From IMG/VR virus record IMGVR_UViG_3300044630_002434, positions 32,001-96,000 of that record: a stretch of DNA of 64,000 nt, one strand, 5' to 3'. Each line of letters begins with the position of its first letter. The stretch's first letter is position 1. Under the pieces are notes generated by a model. The model searched no databases. It was given only the letters and a program-made list of their open reading frames with translations, and was not told where the DNA came from. Of the stretch, positions 25,446 through 35,486 are shown piece after piece. This DNA is from a virus. Position numbers and translations under genes: made by a program.

Positions 25446-25791
25446 TTCCACCAACCCAAATGATATTGCTTCCTATGGTGAACTCCTAGAGGAACTTCAT
25501 AGACACCAAAAGATGACTGCAAACCTTGCTAAGTTTCAAGACATTGTTTACGAGTTAGCAACCGTTCATCAAAGAAAAGGAGACATCTGTTTAGGTTGTC
25601 CCCGTTCTATGACTGCCAAAGATGGAGTTATTTACGGAAAGTATTCTGAATGTAGTGTTGCTATCTGCATTGAAAAGCATAAGATAACCTCTAACCTTAT
25701 GACCCGTCACGATATGGGCATACAGATTAACAGTCTTACAAATAAGATAAACAAACTAGAAGAGCAACTTAGAAAAACAGAAGAAGAATGA
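25438..25791 (+). CDS. hypothetical protein
   Basis: Coupled ORF (MHSSTNP...). Confidence 0.55.
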   Translation: MHSSTNPNDIASYGELLEELHRHQKMTANLAKFQDIVYELATVHQRKGDICLGCPRSMTAKDGVIYGKYSECSVAICIEKHKITSNLMTRHDMGIQINSLTNKINKLEEQLRKTEEE

Positions 25792-26115
25792 ACCACTGCG
25801 AAGTAATAGAAGACGTTTGTAAGTTAGACCCCTGCCCAGTAAGGCATTTTTGCATAAAGGGCGGATTCACTAAACTGTCAGCACACTCACAACTACCTCA
25901 CCATCTAAAAGATTGGTCTCGCGAAGAAGAGAAGAATAAAAAGTAATGGAATACTACACACCTACATTTATAAAAAAGAACATGGATGCTATCAAGCGCA
26001 TCCGAGAACTACACCGCTCTGCAATATGGAGTTTGCATGATGTTAAAGATGCGTGTTCGGAGTGTAAAGTGCCTTACCCCTGTAACACCATAAAAGCATT
26101 AGAAGGAGAGAAGTA

Positions 26116-26385
26116 GTGCGCGAACAGTTAATTAAAAACATAGAAGAACTCTTAAACAGAGGGAACCCCGAAGAATTAAAATCTACTCTTACAATTAGTG
26201 TTATTGATTTATTTATTGAAGCAATAAACGAAATGATAAAAGAAGAAGTTGACCACATCAACAAAGCGTTAAGTAGTGAAGATAGCCAACCTGACATTAG
26301 ACAAGCATCTCTTTGCTACGAAGCAATGGCAGCGTATTCTGTTTTAAAAGATTCCTTATCTGAACCAAAAGAAGAAAACGCTTAG
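26116..26385 (+). CDS. hypothetical protein (89 aa)
   Basis: SD AAGGAG. Confidence 0.6.
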   Translation: MREQLIKNIEELLNRGNPEELKSTLTISVIDLFIEAINEMIKEEVDHINKALSSEDSQPDIRQASLCYEAMAAYSVLKDSLSEPKEENA

Positions 26386-26552
26386 ATGTTAAAGGCTCAT
26401 ACCTGCAAGTTTTGCGGAGAAGTTCTTAAAGCGACATCTATAAAAAAGATTGAAAAAGAGTACGAACTTCATATCAAAACCGACTACCATATATCACAGG
26501 TAGATTTAATAAAAGAGATACGCAAACAAAGACTTATTTCATTAGGAACCAG

Positions 26553-26840
26553 ATGAGCGACCAAGAAAACGAAGAAGAGTTAGAGAAGTTCCTACTAGAA
26601 ACACGCGAATCTATAAAAGGTTTGTCTGATGCTCTAACAGCAAGACTAGAGAGAATGCAAATGTTTCATAAGTACACCCAAGCGATGATGAAAGATGACT
26701 TCGTTGGGATGATAGATGCTTTAGGTTATTCTGAAGAAATCCTTGAAGGTATGACATACCCAGAGATAATGGAATCAATGGTTGTACGAGTAGCAGACTT
26801 AGCAAAGGAAGTTGGCTTCGACATAAATGGGAAAGACTAA
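26553..26840 (+). CDS. hypothetical protein (95 aa)
   Basis: SD AGGA; helical and acidic. Confidence 0.6.
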   Translation: MSDQENEEELEKFLLETRESIKGLSDALTARLERMQMFHKYTQAMMKDDFVGMIDALGYSEEILEGMTYPEIMESMVVRVADLAKEVGFDINGKD

Positions 26841-27018
26841 AAGGTTTAAATAATGTGTAATCAAATGGAAAATGCTGCGCATATCCATAAACTGAAAAAA
26901 GAAGTTTGGTTAGAAGTGTTAAGCGATTACCCAAGCGAAGGTGAAGAAGAGCGGTTATGGCATTGCTTGCATGGCAGGGCTTATGGAATCAACTGCAAGA
27001 AGTGTGAGAGAGACGACG

Positions 27019-27435
27019 ATGAATAAACCAAAAGCAATCATTGTTGACATTGATGGAACTGTTGCGCACAAAACCGACAGAGATATCTATGAATACGAAA
27101 AGGCTCTTAGTGATTCCTCTGACGCAGTAATTATTGAAGTAATCAAAGCACTCTGGCTTCAGGATTATAAGATTATTTTTATCTCTGGACGTTCAGATGA
27201 ATGCATTCAAGTTACTCGCGAGTGGCTTCGACTTCACTGTCCTCCATATATCGGTCTCCATATGCGACAAGCAAAAGACTTTCGTAAAGATGCAATCGTT
27301 AAGAAAGAACTCTACGAACAATATGTTAAAGACCACTACGACGTACTCTGCGTTTTTGATGACCGTAATCAAGTTGTAGATATGTGGCGCGAGATTGGTC
27401 TTAAGTGTCTACAAGTACAGCCCGGAGATTTCTAA
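27019..27435 (+). CDS. HAD phosphatase, T4 PseT/PNK phosphatase-domain-like
   Basis: IVDIDGT, SGR, D.RKD.IVK, FDDRNQVVDMWR. Confidence 0.9.
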   Translation: MNKPKAIIVDIDGTVAHKTDRDIYEYEKALSDSSDAVIIEVIKALWLQDYKIIFISGRSDECIQVTREWLRLHCPPYIGLHMRQAKDFRKDAIVKKELYEQYVKDHYDVLCVFDDRNQVVDMWREIGLKCLQVQPGDF

Positions 27436-28079
27436 TACATACATATGACGTAAGACAGATAGAATCCAAAGAGACGCATGACTACCTTCTTAATATCCAT
27501 TATGCAAAGCGTCTGCCACAGATTATGTATGCATACGGACTATTCAGAGACGACAACCTAGTAGGGGTTATTACTTATGGTCGTCCCCCTGCACCGTCTG
27601 TATCTAAAGGTGTTCTAGGAACAGAGCATAAAAACCTAGTCCTTGAACTCAATCGTTTATGTCTCAAAGACAATCTTAAAAACGAAGCATCACAACTTGT
27701 TGCAGGTTCTTTCAAACTTCTTCCTAAACCTCTTGCAGTTATTTCTTATGCGGATACATCACATGACCATCTCGGTATTGTTTATCAAGCAACAAACTTT
27801 TTTTACACAGGGCTTTCTTCCAAGCACACAGACTGGGCGGTAGAAGGAATGGAAGGAACTCATACGAGAACCTTTAACCATATTGCCGATGCAATTCCCG
27901 GAGATAAAAAGAATCTTGAAAAAATCAAAGAACTTTATGGTGACCGTTTTTACTACATTGACAGACCAAGAAAACATCGATACATTATCTTGTTAGGGAG
28001 CAAGTCAGAAAAAAGAACGCTAAAGAGTCTTCTAAAGTACCCAGTTCTTCCGTACCCAAAAAGGAGTAAAGATGCTTGA
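27405..28079 (+). CDS. Mom-family (GNAT-fold) DNA modification protein
   Basis: HY.KR...GV.TYG.P...ELNRL...SYAD...H.G.VYQATNF.YTG...KHRY; exact start uncertain. Confidence 0.8.
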   Translation: MSTSTARRFLIHTYDVRQIESKETHDYLLNIHYAKRLPQIMYAYGLFRDDNLVGVITYGRPPAPSVSKGVLGTEHKNLVLELNRLCLKDNLKNEASQLVAGSFKLLPKPLAVISYADTSHDHLGIVYQATNFFYTGLSSKHTDWAVEGMEGTHTRTFNHIADAIPGDKKNLEKIKELYGDRFYYIDRPRKHRYIILLGSKSEKRTLKSLLKYPVLPYPKRSKDA

Positions 28080-28308
28080 TAAAAATGGGGATTATCACCC
28101 TAACGACCCATCTGCAGAGAATGAAAGACTGTACAGAATTTTAGATAAACTGAACAGTATTAGAAAGCATTCTCAAGTACGAGGAGACTCAGAGCAGTTT
28201 ATTCTTGGCATCTTACTAAGTACTGATATCGTAACTGCTGAAATACGTGGAGAAATTCACAAAATAGATGGCAGTACTATCCACCCCGACCAAATACCCC
28301 TAATCTAG
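28072..28308 (+). CDS. hypothetical protein (78 aa)
   Basis: SD AAGGAG. Confidence 0.6.
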   Translation: MLDKNGDYHPNDPSAENERLYRILDKLNSIRKHSQVRGDSEQFILGILLSTDIVTAEIRGEIHKIDGSTIHPDQIPLI

Positions 28309-28361
28309 CACTGCTAGTATTTTAACTCTTACTCAAATACCACCCCCAAAAAAGGATACCT

Positions 28362-30419
28362 ATGTCTACCGTTACTTTTGTTTTTCGTCTAAACGAAGAG
28401 TTTGTTGCTTCTTTCAAAGAAAAGAAAGCACCGTTTGGGTATAGAGATGCAGGTGGTAATTCGGTAGGCGAGATTACATTCTTACGCACATACTCACGCA
28501 AGAAAGAAGATGGAACTAAAGAGACTTGGGTAGATGTCTGCGAGCGAGTTATCAACGGTATGTACTCACTTCAAAAAGAACATTGCAAGACTAACCGTTT
28601 ACCTTGGTCAGATGCTAAGGCTCAGGCTTCTGCAAAAGAAGCGTTTGACCGTCTATTCAATCTAAAGTGGACACCACCAGGTCGCGGACTTTGGGTTATG
28701 GGAACCCCAATTGTAAACGTACAAAAGAACTCTGCTGCTCTGCAGAACTGTGCGTTTGTTTCAACACTTGAAATGACAAAACTAAATCCTGCTAAGCCAT
28801 TTGGTTTCTTGATGGAAGCGTCAATGCTTGGCGTTGGTGTTGGTTTTGATGATAAGGGCGCTGAAAAAGAATTCACCATCTACGCACCTAAGTCAGAGTG
28901 CACAACAATGGTTATCCCAGATACTCGCGAAGGCTGGGTCGAGTCAACCGTTGAACTTCTTAACTCATACCTAAAGGCAGACCATAATTGCCTAGAGTTT
29001 GACTACTCAGAGATTCGTCCTGAAGGTGCGCCTATTGCAACCTTTGGTGGAACTGCAGCAGGTCACGAACCACTAGAGCGTCTACATAACTACATCCACA
29101 AACTATTCAAAGGACGCGCTGGTGAACTCATCACTAAAAAAGATATTGCAGATATTGGCAATCTTATTGGTGTATGTGTGGTATCTGGCAATGTTCGTCG
29201 TAGTGCTGAACTCCTAATTGGTTCTATTGACGACCAAGACTTCTTAAATCTTAAGAACGCAGAAGTTTTCCCAGAACGTAACTCATACGACCCAGCAACA
29301 CCAGGCTGGGGCTGGATGTCTAACAACTCTGTTGCTGTCAGCGTAGGTCAAGACCTTTCTCCTATCGTTGATGGTATTGCTCGCAATGGAGAGCCCGGCG
29401 TTATTTGGATGGACGTATCTCGTAAGTATGGTCGTCTTGCAGATGCACCTAACAACAAAGACCATCGCATCGCTGGTTACAATCCTTGCGCAGAGCAATC
29501 CCTTGAGTCATTTGAGATGTGCACCTTGGTTGAAACATACCTAAACCGTCACGACTCACTAGAGGACTATAACCGAACTCTTAAGTTCGCGTACCTCTAC
29601 GCTAAGACTGTAACTCTTCTTCCAACCCATTGGGAAGAAACCAACGCAATCATGCAACGTAACCGTCGTATCGGAACTTCAATGTCTGGCGTAGCAAACT
29701 TTGCTGACCGTAAGGGCTTACCTGTTCTCCGTGACTGGATGGATAAAGGCTACGAGAACATCAAGAAGTATGACACCATCTATTCAGAATGGCTAGGTAT
29801 CCGTGAATCAATCAAGACAACAACCGTTAAGCCATCAGGCACAGTGTCTATCCTTGCTGGAGAGTCGCCCGGCGTTCACTGGACACCAGGTGGAAAGTTC
29901 TTCAACCGAGCAATACGCTTTGCAAATTCTGACCCTATGCTCCCACTTTTCAAGATGGCAAACTACCGAGTCGAACCAGCATCAGAATCCCCAGACACAA
30001 CCTCTGTCGTATTCTTCCCAATTAAGTCTGATGCAGAACGCGCAGAACGCGATGTAACAATCTTTGAGAAGATGTCACTTGCTGCAGTTGCGCAGCGTTA
30101 CTGGTCTGATAACTCGGTATCCGTTACCGTTTCGTTTGACCCAGAAACCGAAGCAGAGCATGTTGGAACTGTTCTACATATGTATGACGGTCAACTAAAG
30201 ACTGTTTCATTCTTACCATCTGGTAACTTCACCTATCCTCAAATGCCTTACACGCAGATTACTGAAGAGGAGTACCATGAAGATGGAGAACTAAAGTTGT
30301 TCCCTATTGACTTCTCAGGTGTTTATGCAGGTATGGCAGCAGACGCAATCGGCGAGGCTTACTGCACCACCGACGCTTGTGAAATCAAACTCATTACAGA
30401 AAACAATAAGGATAAGTAA
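28362..30419 (+). CDS. nrdJ: class II adenosylcobalamin-dependent ribonucleotide reductase
   Basis: RTYSR, PPGRGLW, NC, GNVRRSA, NPCAEQ.L, TTVKPSGT, C-terminal C..D.C. Confidence 0.95.
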   Translation: MSTVTFVFRLNEEFVASFKEKKAPFGYRDAGGNSVGEITFLRTYSRKKEDGTKETWVDVCERVINGMYSLQKEHCKTNRLPWSDAKAQASAKEAFDRLFNLKWTPPGRGLWVMGTPIVNVQKNSAALQNCAFVSTLEMTKLNPAKPFGFLMEASMLGVGVGFDDKGAEKEFTIYAPKSECTTMVIPDTREGWVESTVELLNSYLKADHNCLEFDYSEIRPEGAPIATFGGTAAGHEPLERLHNYIHKLFKGRAGELITKKDIADIGNLIGVCVVSGNVRRSAELLIGSIDDQDFLNLKNAEVFPERNSYDPATPGWGWMSNNSVAVSVGQDLSPIVDGIARNGEPGVIWMDVSRKYGRLADAPNNKDHRIAGYNPCAEQSLESFEMCTLVETYLNRHDSLEDYNRTLKFAYLYAKTVTLLPTHWEETNAIMQRNRRIGTSMSGVANFADRKGLPVLRDWMDKGYENIKKYDTIYSEWLGIRESIKTTTVKPSGTVSILAGESPGVHWTPGGKFFNRAIRFANSDPMLPLFKMANYRVEPASESPDTTSVVFFPIKSDAERAERDVTIFEKMSLAAVAQRYWSDNSVSVTVSFDPETEAEHVGTVLHMYDGQLKTVSFLPSGNFTYPQMPYTQITEEEYHEDGELKLFPIDFSGVYAGMAADAIGEAYCTTDACEIKLITENNKDK

Positions 30420-30420
30420 T

Positions 30421-30696
30421 ATGAAAAGACGCACAAAGAAAAACAATGAAGAATCTATGCTAGTCAAAGAAGACCAATACCGCGCAGTCATTACCTACCT
30501 ACCAAATAAGAATGGATATAAAGCATCCGTTCAACGTAGAATCGGCATAGATGAGTGGGTTAAAGTTCAATGTGGACTTAAAGGAGTAGTTTTTGCTTCA
30601 AAAGAGTCTGCTGAAAACAGAGCAAGATATAAAATTAAAGAACAAAAAGGTATGGACAATGCAGAAAAAAACTCTTACATTGTTTACGATGATTAG
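30421..30696 (+). CDS. hypothetical basic protein
   Basis: Start directly after the nrdJ stop. Confidence 0.6.
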   Translation: MKRRTKKNNEESMLVKEDQYRAVITYLPNKNGYKASVQRRIGIDEWVKVQCGLKGVVFASKESAENRARYKIKEQKGMDNAEKNSYIVYDD

Positions 30697-30710
30697 GATA
30701 GAATACTGAT

Positions 30711-30899
30711 ATGCCTACATACGACTACATCTGTTCAAGCGACCACCTCTATACAGAAGAGCGTTCAATCCACGAGGACCAAAAAGTATTTGAATGCCCA
30801 GAGTGCAAAGAAACTCTTAAGCGTGTTTTCATTGCTGTCCCAGTTACTTTCCAAGCACCCGGCTTCTACGCAAGCGAGCGAAAGGGTATGGGGTTATGA
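30711..30899 (+). CDS. FmdB-family zinc-ribbon protein
   Basis: MPTYDY.C...CPEC...KRV...F...GFY. Confidence 0.85.
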   Translation: MPTYDYICSSDHLYTEERSIHEDQKVFECPECKETLKRVFIAVPVTFQAPGFYASERKGMGL

Positions 30900-31165
30900 G
30901 CCTTCAACCACTAACAGGTTCAGGTATCCAATTGGATACAGTGACCGATACTGCTCCAGCAGAGCCCGGCGACCACGATAAGTTTGCTCACTATGCCCCG
31001 AAAGATGAGATTACCTACGCACTTATATATGGCGTTCCAATCATTGCCCTTTGCGGTAAACAATGGATTCCATCCAGAGACCCCAAGGGTTTTAGCGTTT
31101 GTCCTGCTTGTAAAGAAATCTACGAACAACTATCTAAAGACAATCCTGACGACTATATGTCTTGA
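30896..31165 (+). CDS. DUF3039 protein (actinobacterial)
   Basis: GDHD.FAHY...ALCGK.W.PSRDP..F.VCP.CKEIY. Confidence 0.85.
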   Translation: MSLQPLTGSGIQLDTVTDTAPAEPGDHDKFAHYAPKDEITYALIYGVPIIALCGKQWIPSRDPKGFSVCPACKEIYEQLSKDNPDDYMS

Positions 31166-31241
31166 TAAACTGGACGTTGACATACGTTTGGCATAGTAAT
31201 TAGGACTGTGCCTGTTTGTAACTGGAAGTACAGGCAGGAAT

Positions 31242-31727
31242 ATGAAGAAGTTAGTAATTTTATTTGTTGTTTTTTCTCTATCCGTTTTTGGTGTTACCTC
31301 TTCTAAGGCTAATCCAATAAACAAAATGAAGAAAGATACAAGCACCGTAACATTAAAAATTGGTAAGTGGAGAGATGTTCCCTTTAATGGAAACAATGCT
31401 TTTACCTTAAACGGAGAGCGCACCCTATGGGCAGCCCAACTCCATGTAACCTGTAAAAAGGCTCCCAAGTATATTAAAATGAGATTTGCTCGTAACCTGC
31501 CAAATGGCAAGATAGACAGTACTGGAACCAATACTTGGATGCTTAATGGTAAGAAGCCTAATAAGTCTTGGCAAGGTTCCCTTGTCTGGGAAACAACCAG
31601 TGACCATCCCATGACTGTTCAATACAAGATTATGGGCGGTAAAAACTGCAAGTCTAACTCCCGTCAGTTTAAGTACTGGCAACCAGGAGATAGCGTTCAA
31701 GACTTGCTGATACCGCCAACAGGCTAA
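31242..31727 (+). CDS. secreted protein with signal peptide
   Basis: MKK + hydrophobic stretch + SKA; resembles the next ORF. Confidence 0.7.
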   Translation: MKKLVILFVVFSLSVFGVTSSKANPINKMKKDTSTVTLKIGKWRDVPFNGNNAFTLNGERTLWAAQLHVTCKKAPKYIKMRFARNLPNGKIDSTGTNTWMLNGKKPNKSWQGSLVWETTSDHPMTVQYKIMGGKNCKSNSRQFKYWQPGDSVQDLLIPPTG

Positions 31728-31769
31728 ATAGGTGTACACTTAAAGTTCACCACCTAGATAAGGATAACT

Positions 31770-32162
31770 ATGAGCATAGAATATGTTTCGTGGAAAGCGG
31801 GCGACCCAAAGATTAAGCCGTCCCCTCAAACCATTCGTCCAAAAGTATGGACACAACTTGATTTTGGCGCACAAGATTCAATTGTTCCAAAGAATACAGG
31901 TCACGCTAACTGGGCTTTTTACATTAACGTAAAAGAACTTGGCGGAGCCAAAGAAATGAAAATTCGTTTTACCCGCGATATCGGAACTAAAGATGCAGAC
32001 TTTACTGGTCAGCGTATGCTTGACTTAGCACTAGACAACATTCATTCTGGTACTTGGTTCTTTAAGGCTAACAAGGGTCAGCCAGTTGGTCTTGAAGTTT
32101 ACCACGCAGGTACAGCAGATATGGTAGTTGTTACTCGTGAATTTAAGATGTGGATTCCGTAA
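31770..32162 (+). CDS. hypothetical protein, apparent paralog of 31242-31727
   Basis: Shared W...F, WA...V, K.RF.R...D.TG pattern. Confidence 0.7.
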   Translation: MSIEYVSWKAGDPKIKPSPQTIRPKVWTQLDFGAQDSIVPKNTGHANWAFYINVKELGGAKEMKIRFTRDIGTKDADFTGQRMLDLALDNIHSGTWFFKANKGQPVGLEVYHAGTADMVVVTREFKMWIP

Positions 32163-32165
32163 CCT

Positions 32166-32708
32166 TTAATCAGAAGAGGCGGTAGATTTTTCTACCGTCT
32201 TTTCTTTTTTCCAAACGCGGAAGAACCCAAGTTCAGAACCAATCACACGAACTCTTTCATAAACCCCTGTGCGCAGTCCCTCTGTGTCAGAACCTGCTTG
32301 GTCACTTGTCGTATCACCCTCAACAACTTCATAACCTACTGGTATCCCCCACTTGCGAATCACCCCAACAACAATACCTACATGGGTTGCTCTTCCTTCT
32401 TTTTCAAAGTCATAGAACGCTAGGTCTCCCATTCTAACTCTCCACCATTGTATCTGTTCAGAGTTTTCTCTTAGCCGTTCATAACCAATATTACAAGATG
32501 CAAACCCCTTTTTACTTGAAACTTCAACTAACTCACTCAAACCATTTTTTGCAAAGCACCACGAAACGAACATGGCAGAGTACGGATTGTTGTTCAACCC
32601 GTACCACTTTCCATACTTGCTATCTCGATTAGGTCCGTTGGTGTAACCAACTTCTTCTAAGGCAGTACCGACAAGTTCGGAAATCTTAATCTTCAATGGA
32701 GTTTGCAT
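32166..32708 (-). CDS. CHAP-domain amidase/peptidase with degenerate catalytic motif
   Basis: KYGKWYG...PYSAMFVSWC...GD..FYDF...HVGIV...VEGDT. Confidence 0.75.
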   Translation of the reverse strand: MQTPLKIKISELVGTALEEVGYTNGPNRDSKYGKWYGLNNNPYSAMFVSWCFAKNGLSELVEVSSKKGFASCNIGYERLRENSEQIQWWRVRMGDLAFYDFEKEGRATHVGIVVGVIRKWGIPVGYEVVEGDTTSDQAGSDTEGLRTGVYERVRVIGSELGFFRVWKKEKTVEKSTASSD

Positions 32709-33018
32709 TTTCGAGTTTCTTTTCCTCTTTACGCTCTTTCACAATATTTTCTACTGTTTTGTTCTTCCAGTGTACCGTCTTTACTCTGGACACATAGAAC
32801 GAACGAAACACAGAGTACCCTTTTCGACCACCGACAACATCAATCCATTCAGCAGTTGGAGTCTTTACGTGCTTAACAAATCTGAATCTACCTGCTTCAC
32901 CAGTAATAGATAGTTCTGTACCAGCAACTACAGTTCGACCATTAATTTGAATCTCATTCTTTACTGTCCAATTATCTGGATGCGCTTTGGTTTTTTGCTT
33001 GCTCACTTTTTTTCCCAT
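32686..33018 (-). CDS. hypothetical basic protein (110 aa)
   Basis: Leaderless, below a TGTCAGG-type promoter at about 33024-33053. Confidence 0.7.
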   Translation of the reverse strand: MGKKVSKQKTKAHPDNWTVKNEIQINGRTVVAGTELSITGEAGRFRFVKHVKTPTAEWIDVVGGRKGYSVFRSFYVSRVKTVHWKNKTVENIVKERKEEKKLENANSIED

Positions 33019-33104
33019 AACTAGATTGTATCATACCTTCCTGACATAAGCAAATCCCCGCGAGTTACAAGGTCGAAACTATTTTCCATGATACTGTTTA
33101 TTCT

Positions 33105-34181
33105 ATGCCTGAAGTATCAATCCCAACGAGTGTACCAACTGCTGGTGACTTATTCGACGCAAAGACGAAACAACTTGCGCGTTTCTGTGAAGAACCAGCG
33201 TGGTCTGCCTATAACCCTTCTATCTGCTACACAGAAGAGCATGGGTATCTCGTACTGCTACGCTCCTCAAACGGCTGGCTACGCGACCACAGACCAGAGT
33301 GGCAAGTAGAAACAGGCGACGAACTTACCACTGAGGATTCCTACGAGAACCCCGGAGAATGGTACCAGGCTTCATATATTAATTCCGTTCTAGGAACAGA
33401 GAAGCATTTTAGAAATAGAATGTTTCTTGCAAGTCTAAACACAAAGACACTCAATCTTTCTTACTTGAAAGAGATAGACCTAACTCAGGCTTACTCACAA
33501 GCCCCCGCAAAACTTATAAGAGGAATAGAAGATGGAAGACTCTACTACGACGGAGAAACGCTACGAATCTCTGCGACGGTATTTGAAATTGGGCACATTA
33601 ATGTTGCTCGTATTTGTTCTGTTGAACTGGACTTAAGCGGAGATACTCCACGCGGTGTTTCGTTTGAGATGTTTGACTCTCCTGTTAATGAAGATACCGT
33701 CGAGAAAAACTGGATGCCAGTTCATAAGTCATCTATTTTTAACCCAGATGATGTAACTTTTGATTATCTTTATTCTTCAGGAAAGACCTACACAATCAAA
33801 GACCGTTCCCTAAAAGAAGTTGGCGGACCAGCACCGTCCGTCCGAGGTGGCTCACAACTTATCGGTTTAGAGAACGGAACCATGCTTGCAATTGTCCACC
33901 AGTGCGTTTCAGCCGAGTACATTAGATTTGCTAACCTAACCAAGGAAGCACTATTCCGTCGTCGTTATGTTCACCGCTTTATTCAGTATGACGAAAAGGG
34001 AAGAATCATAAAGGTTTCCGATATGTTTAACTTCCTAAACAAGTCAGTAGAGTTTGCAGGTGGAATGGCAATACACGAAAACAAACTCCTAGTTAGTTTT
34101 GGTGCCCTAGACTCATCATCACACATAGCATCCATCCCCCTTAAAAACGTCTTGGCGAATCTTCGTCCTCCTCGTCTTTAA
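33105..34181 (+). CDS. five-bladed beta-propeller glycoside hydrolase/transferase-like protein
   Basis: YNPSI, GIEDGRL, EKNWMP, RGGSQ, HRF, VEF..G, SFG..D. Confidence 0.7.
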   Translation: MPEVSIPTSVPTAGDLFDAKTKQLARFCEEPAWSAYNPSICYTEEHGYLVLLRSSNGWLRDHRPEWQVETGDELTTEDSYENPGEWYQASYINSVLGTEKHFRNRMFLASLNTKTLNLSYLKEIDLTQAYSQAPAKLIRGIEDGRLYYDGETLRISATVFEIGHINVARICSVELDLSGDTPRGVSFEMFDSPVNEDTVEKNWMPVHKSSIFNPDDVTFDYLYSSGKTYTIKDRSLKEVGGPAPSVRGGSQLIGLENGTMLAIVHQCVSAEYIRFANLTKEALFRRRYVHRFIQYDEKGRIIKVSDMFNFLNKSVEFAGGMAIHENKLLVSFGALDSSSHIASIPLKNVLANLRPPRL

Positions 34182-34226
34182 GTCCTATGAAGTCGACAAA
34201 ATCGAACTTTCCATTATAGAGGAACA

Positions 34227-34595
34227 ATGAGCGAAGACGGTAATAACGAACGCGAAGAAGAAGTGGATGGCATGATTGAATTCCTCATTGAGTCAGGTGC
34301 TTTAGAACTTACTTCTATAGATAAAAACGGAGACCCTGTTTACAGGATTACTAGTATTTGTAAAGACTTATTCCCTGACCTCTACTACGAACATATGAAG
34401 AACGCGGACGACACTGCTTTTGCTTTATGGCAAAAAGGTTTATTAGAGATTTCCTTTGCTGAAGACAACACTAACTACATCACGATGTCCGCCGAGAACT
34501 ACTTAAGATATCTAGACATTGCTGACCAGTTATCTGAAGACGAAGAAAGTCTTATGTTTGTCTTGATAAATAAGAATATTCTGGACGCTCAGTAG
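34227..34595 (+). CDS. conserved phage hypothetical protein (122 aa)
   Basis: LI..GA.E...D..G...Y.IT...P.LY..H...LW.KG pattern. Confidence 0.75.
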   Translation: MSEDGNNEREEEVDGMIEFLIESGALELTSIDKNGDPVYRITSICKDLFPDLYYEHMKNADDTAFALWQKGLLEISFAEDNTNYITMSAENYLRYLDIADQLSEDEESLMFVLINKNILDAQ

Positions 34596-34633
34596 GACTT
34601 GACACCGTTCTAGGTTTCTTATAATCTACAGAT

Positions 34634-34815
34634 AGTTCTTGATGTATTAGGTGTTTTCTGCCAGTTCTACTAATACATTAAGACCCTTCGCAGAAATGTG
34701 GTTTGTTCTCCTTTCCTACATTTTTTTGGAAGCGCGTTGTCCCGGCACTTGCGAACACGGGGCACACATAAAAACCGCCCCACCGAATCTAATTCTGCGT
34801 AGGGCGGTTTATTTA
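34634..34815 (+). ncRNA. candidate multi-hairpin small RNA with anti-SD loop
   Basis: Promoter TTGACA-17-TAATCT (34599-34627); stems 34637-34683, 34692-34725 (loop UUUGUUCUCCUUUC), 34738-34764; terminator 34772-34815. Confidence 0.65.
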
Positions 34816-34826
34816 TTTATTCAATT

Positions 34827-35342
34827 TTATAGTCTTCTAAACTGGACATTCTTGCTCCAGATTTTTTCAATTTTTACTACTCTGCCTGGTTTCGGAGAGT
34901 GTAAGACTTCTCCGTTTCCTGCATAGATTGCGACGTGGTAAGCATGACCACCTGACGAAAAGAAAAACACCAAGTCACCGACTTGAGCGTCTCCACGAGC
35001 AATCTTTTTTGACTGCTTGTATTGACCTCCAGTAGTTCTTGCTATTTCCTTACCTTTCTTCTTGTAGATGTACTGAGTAAACCCAGAACAGTCAAAACAC
35101 TTAGGATTTGTTCCACCCTTGCAGTAAGGGATTCCTAAATACTTTAGACCAATTTTGTACGTGGATATAGGTTTTGCTAGAAAACTTTCACTAGCCTTTA
35201 TTTCTCCTAGAGTTATATTCGACTTTACTGATAATTCATTAGCGTTGGCTTGACCCTGGGTTACTGGTGGCGATATGACCATAGCGGACATAAGAAGCGC
35301 AGTAACGGTGGTCAAAACCTTGGTTCTGACTAACATCACCAC
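34827..35342 (-). CDS. NlpC/P60 (C40) cell-wall peptidase with signal peptide
   Basis: LGIPY..GG...FDCSGFT...GDLVFF...HVAIY.G. Confidence 0.92.
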   Translation of the reverse strand: MVMLVRTKVLTTVTALLMSAMVISPPVTQGQANANELSVKSNITLGEIKASESFLAKPISTYKIGLKYLGIPYCKGGTNPKCFDCSGFTQYIYKKKGKEIARTTGGQYKQSKKIARGDAQVGDLVFFFSSGGHAYHVAIYAGNGEVLHSPKPGRVVKIEKIWSKNVQFRRL

Positions 35343-35486
35343 TAGTTTACCAGATTGGTATAATATTCGCCAAACCCAAACCTTGAAAACCCCACTAAAC
35401 CAGTTTTTCGGTTTGTCGTCTTCTAAAGTTTTTTATCCCGTGAAGTCTGGAAAAATGACTTTTCTATTATATAGAAATCAAAACTG

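Noticed and set aside
34651-34926. 91-aa plus-strand ORF
   Set aside because: No SD, runs through a terminator into the antisense of the NlpC/P60 gene; hairpin organisation favours an RNA gene
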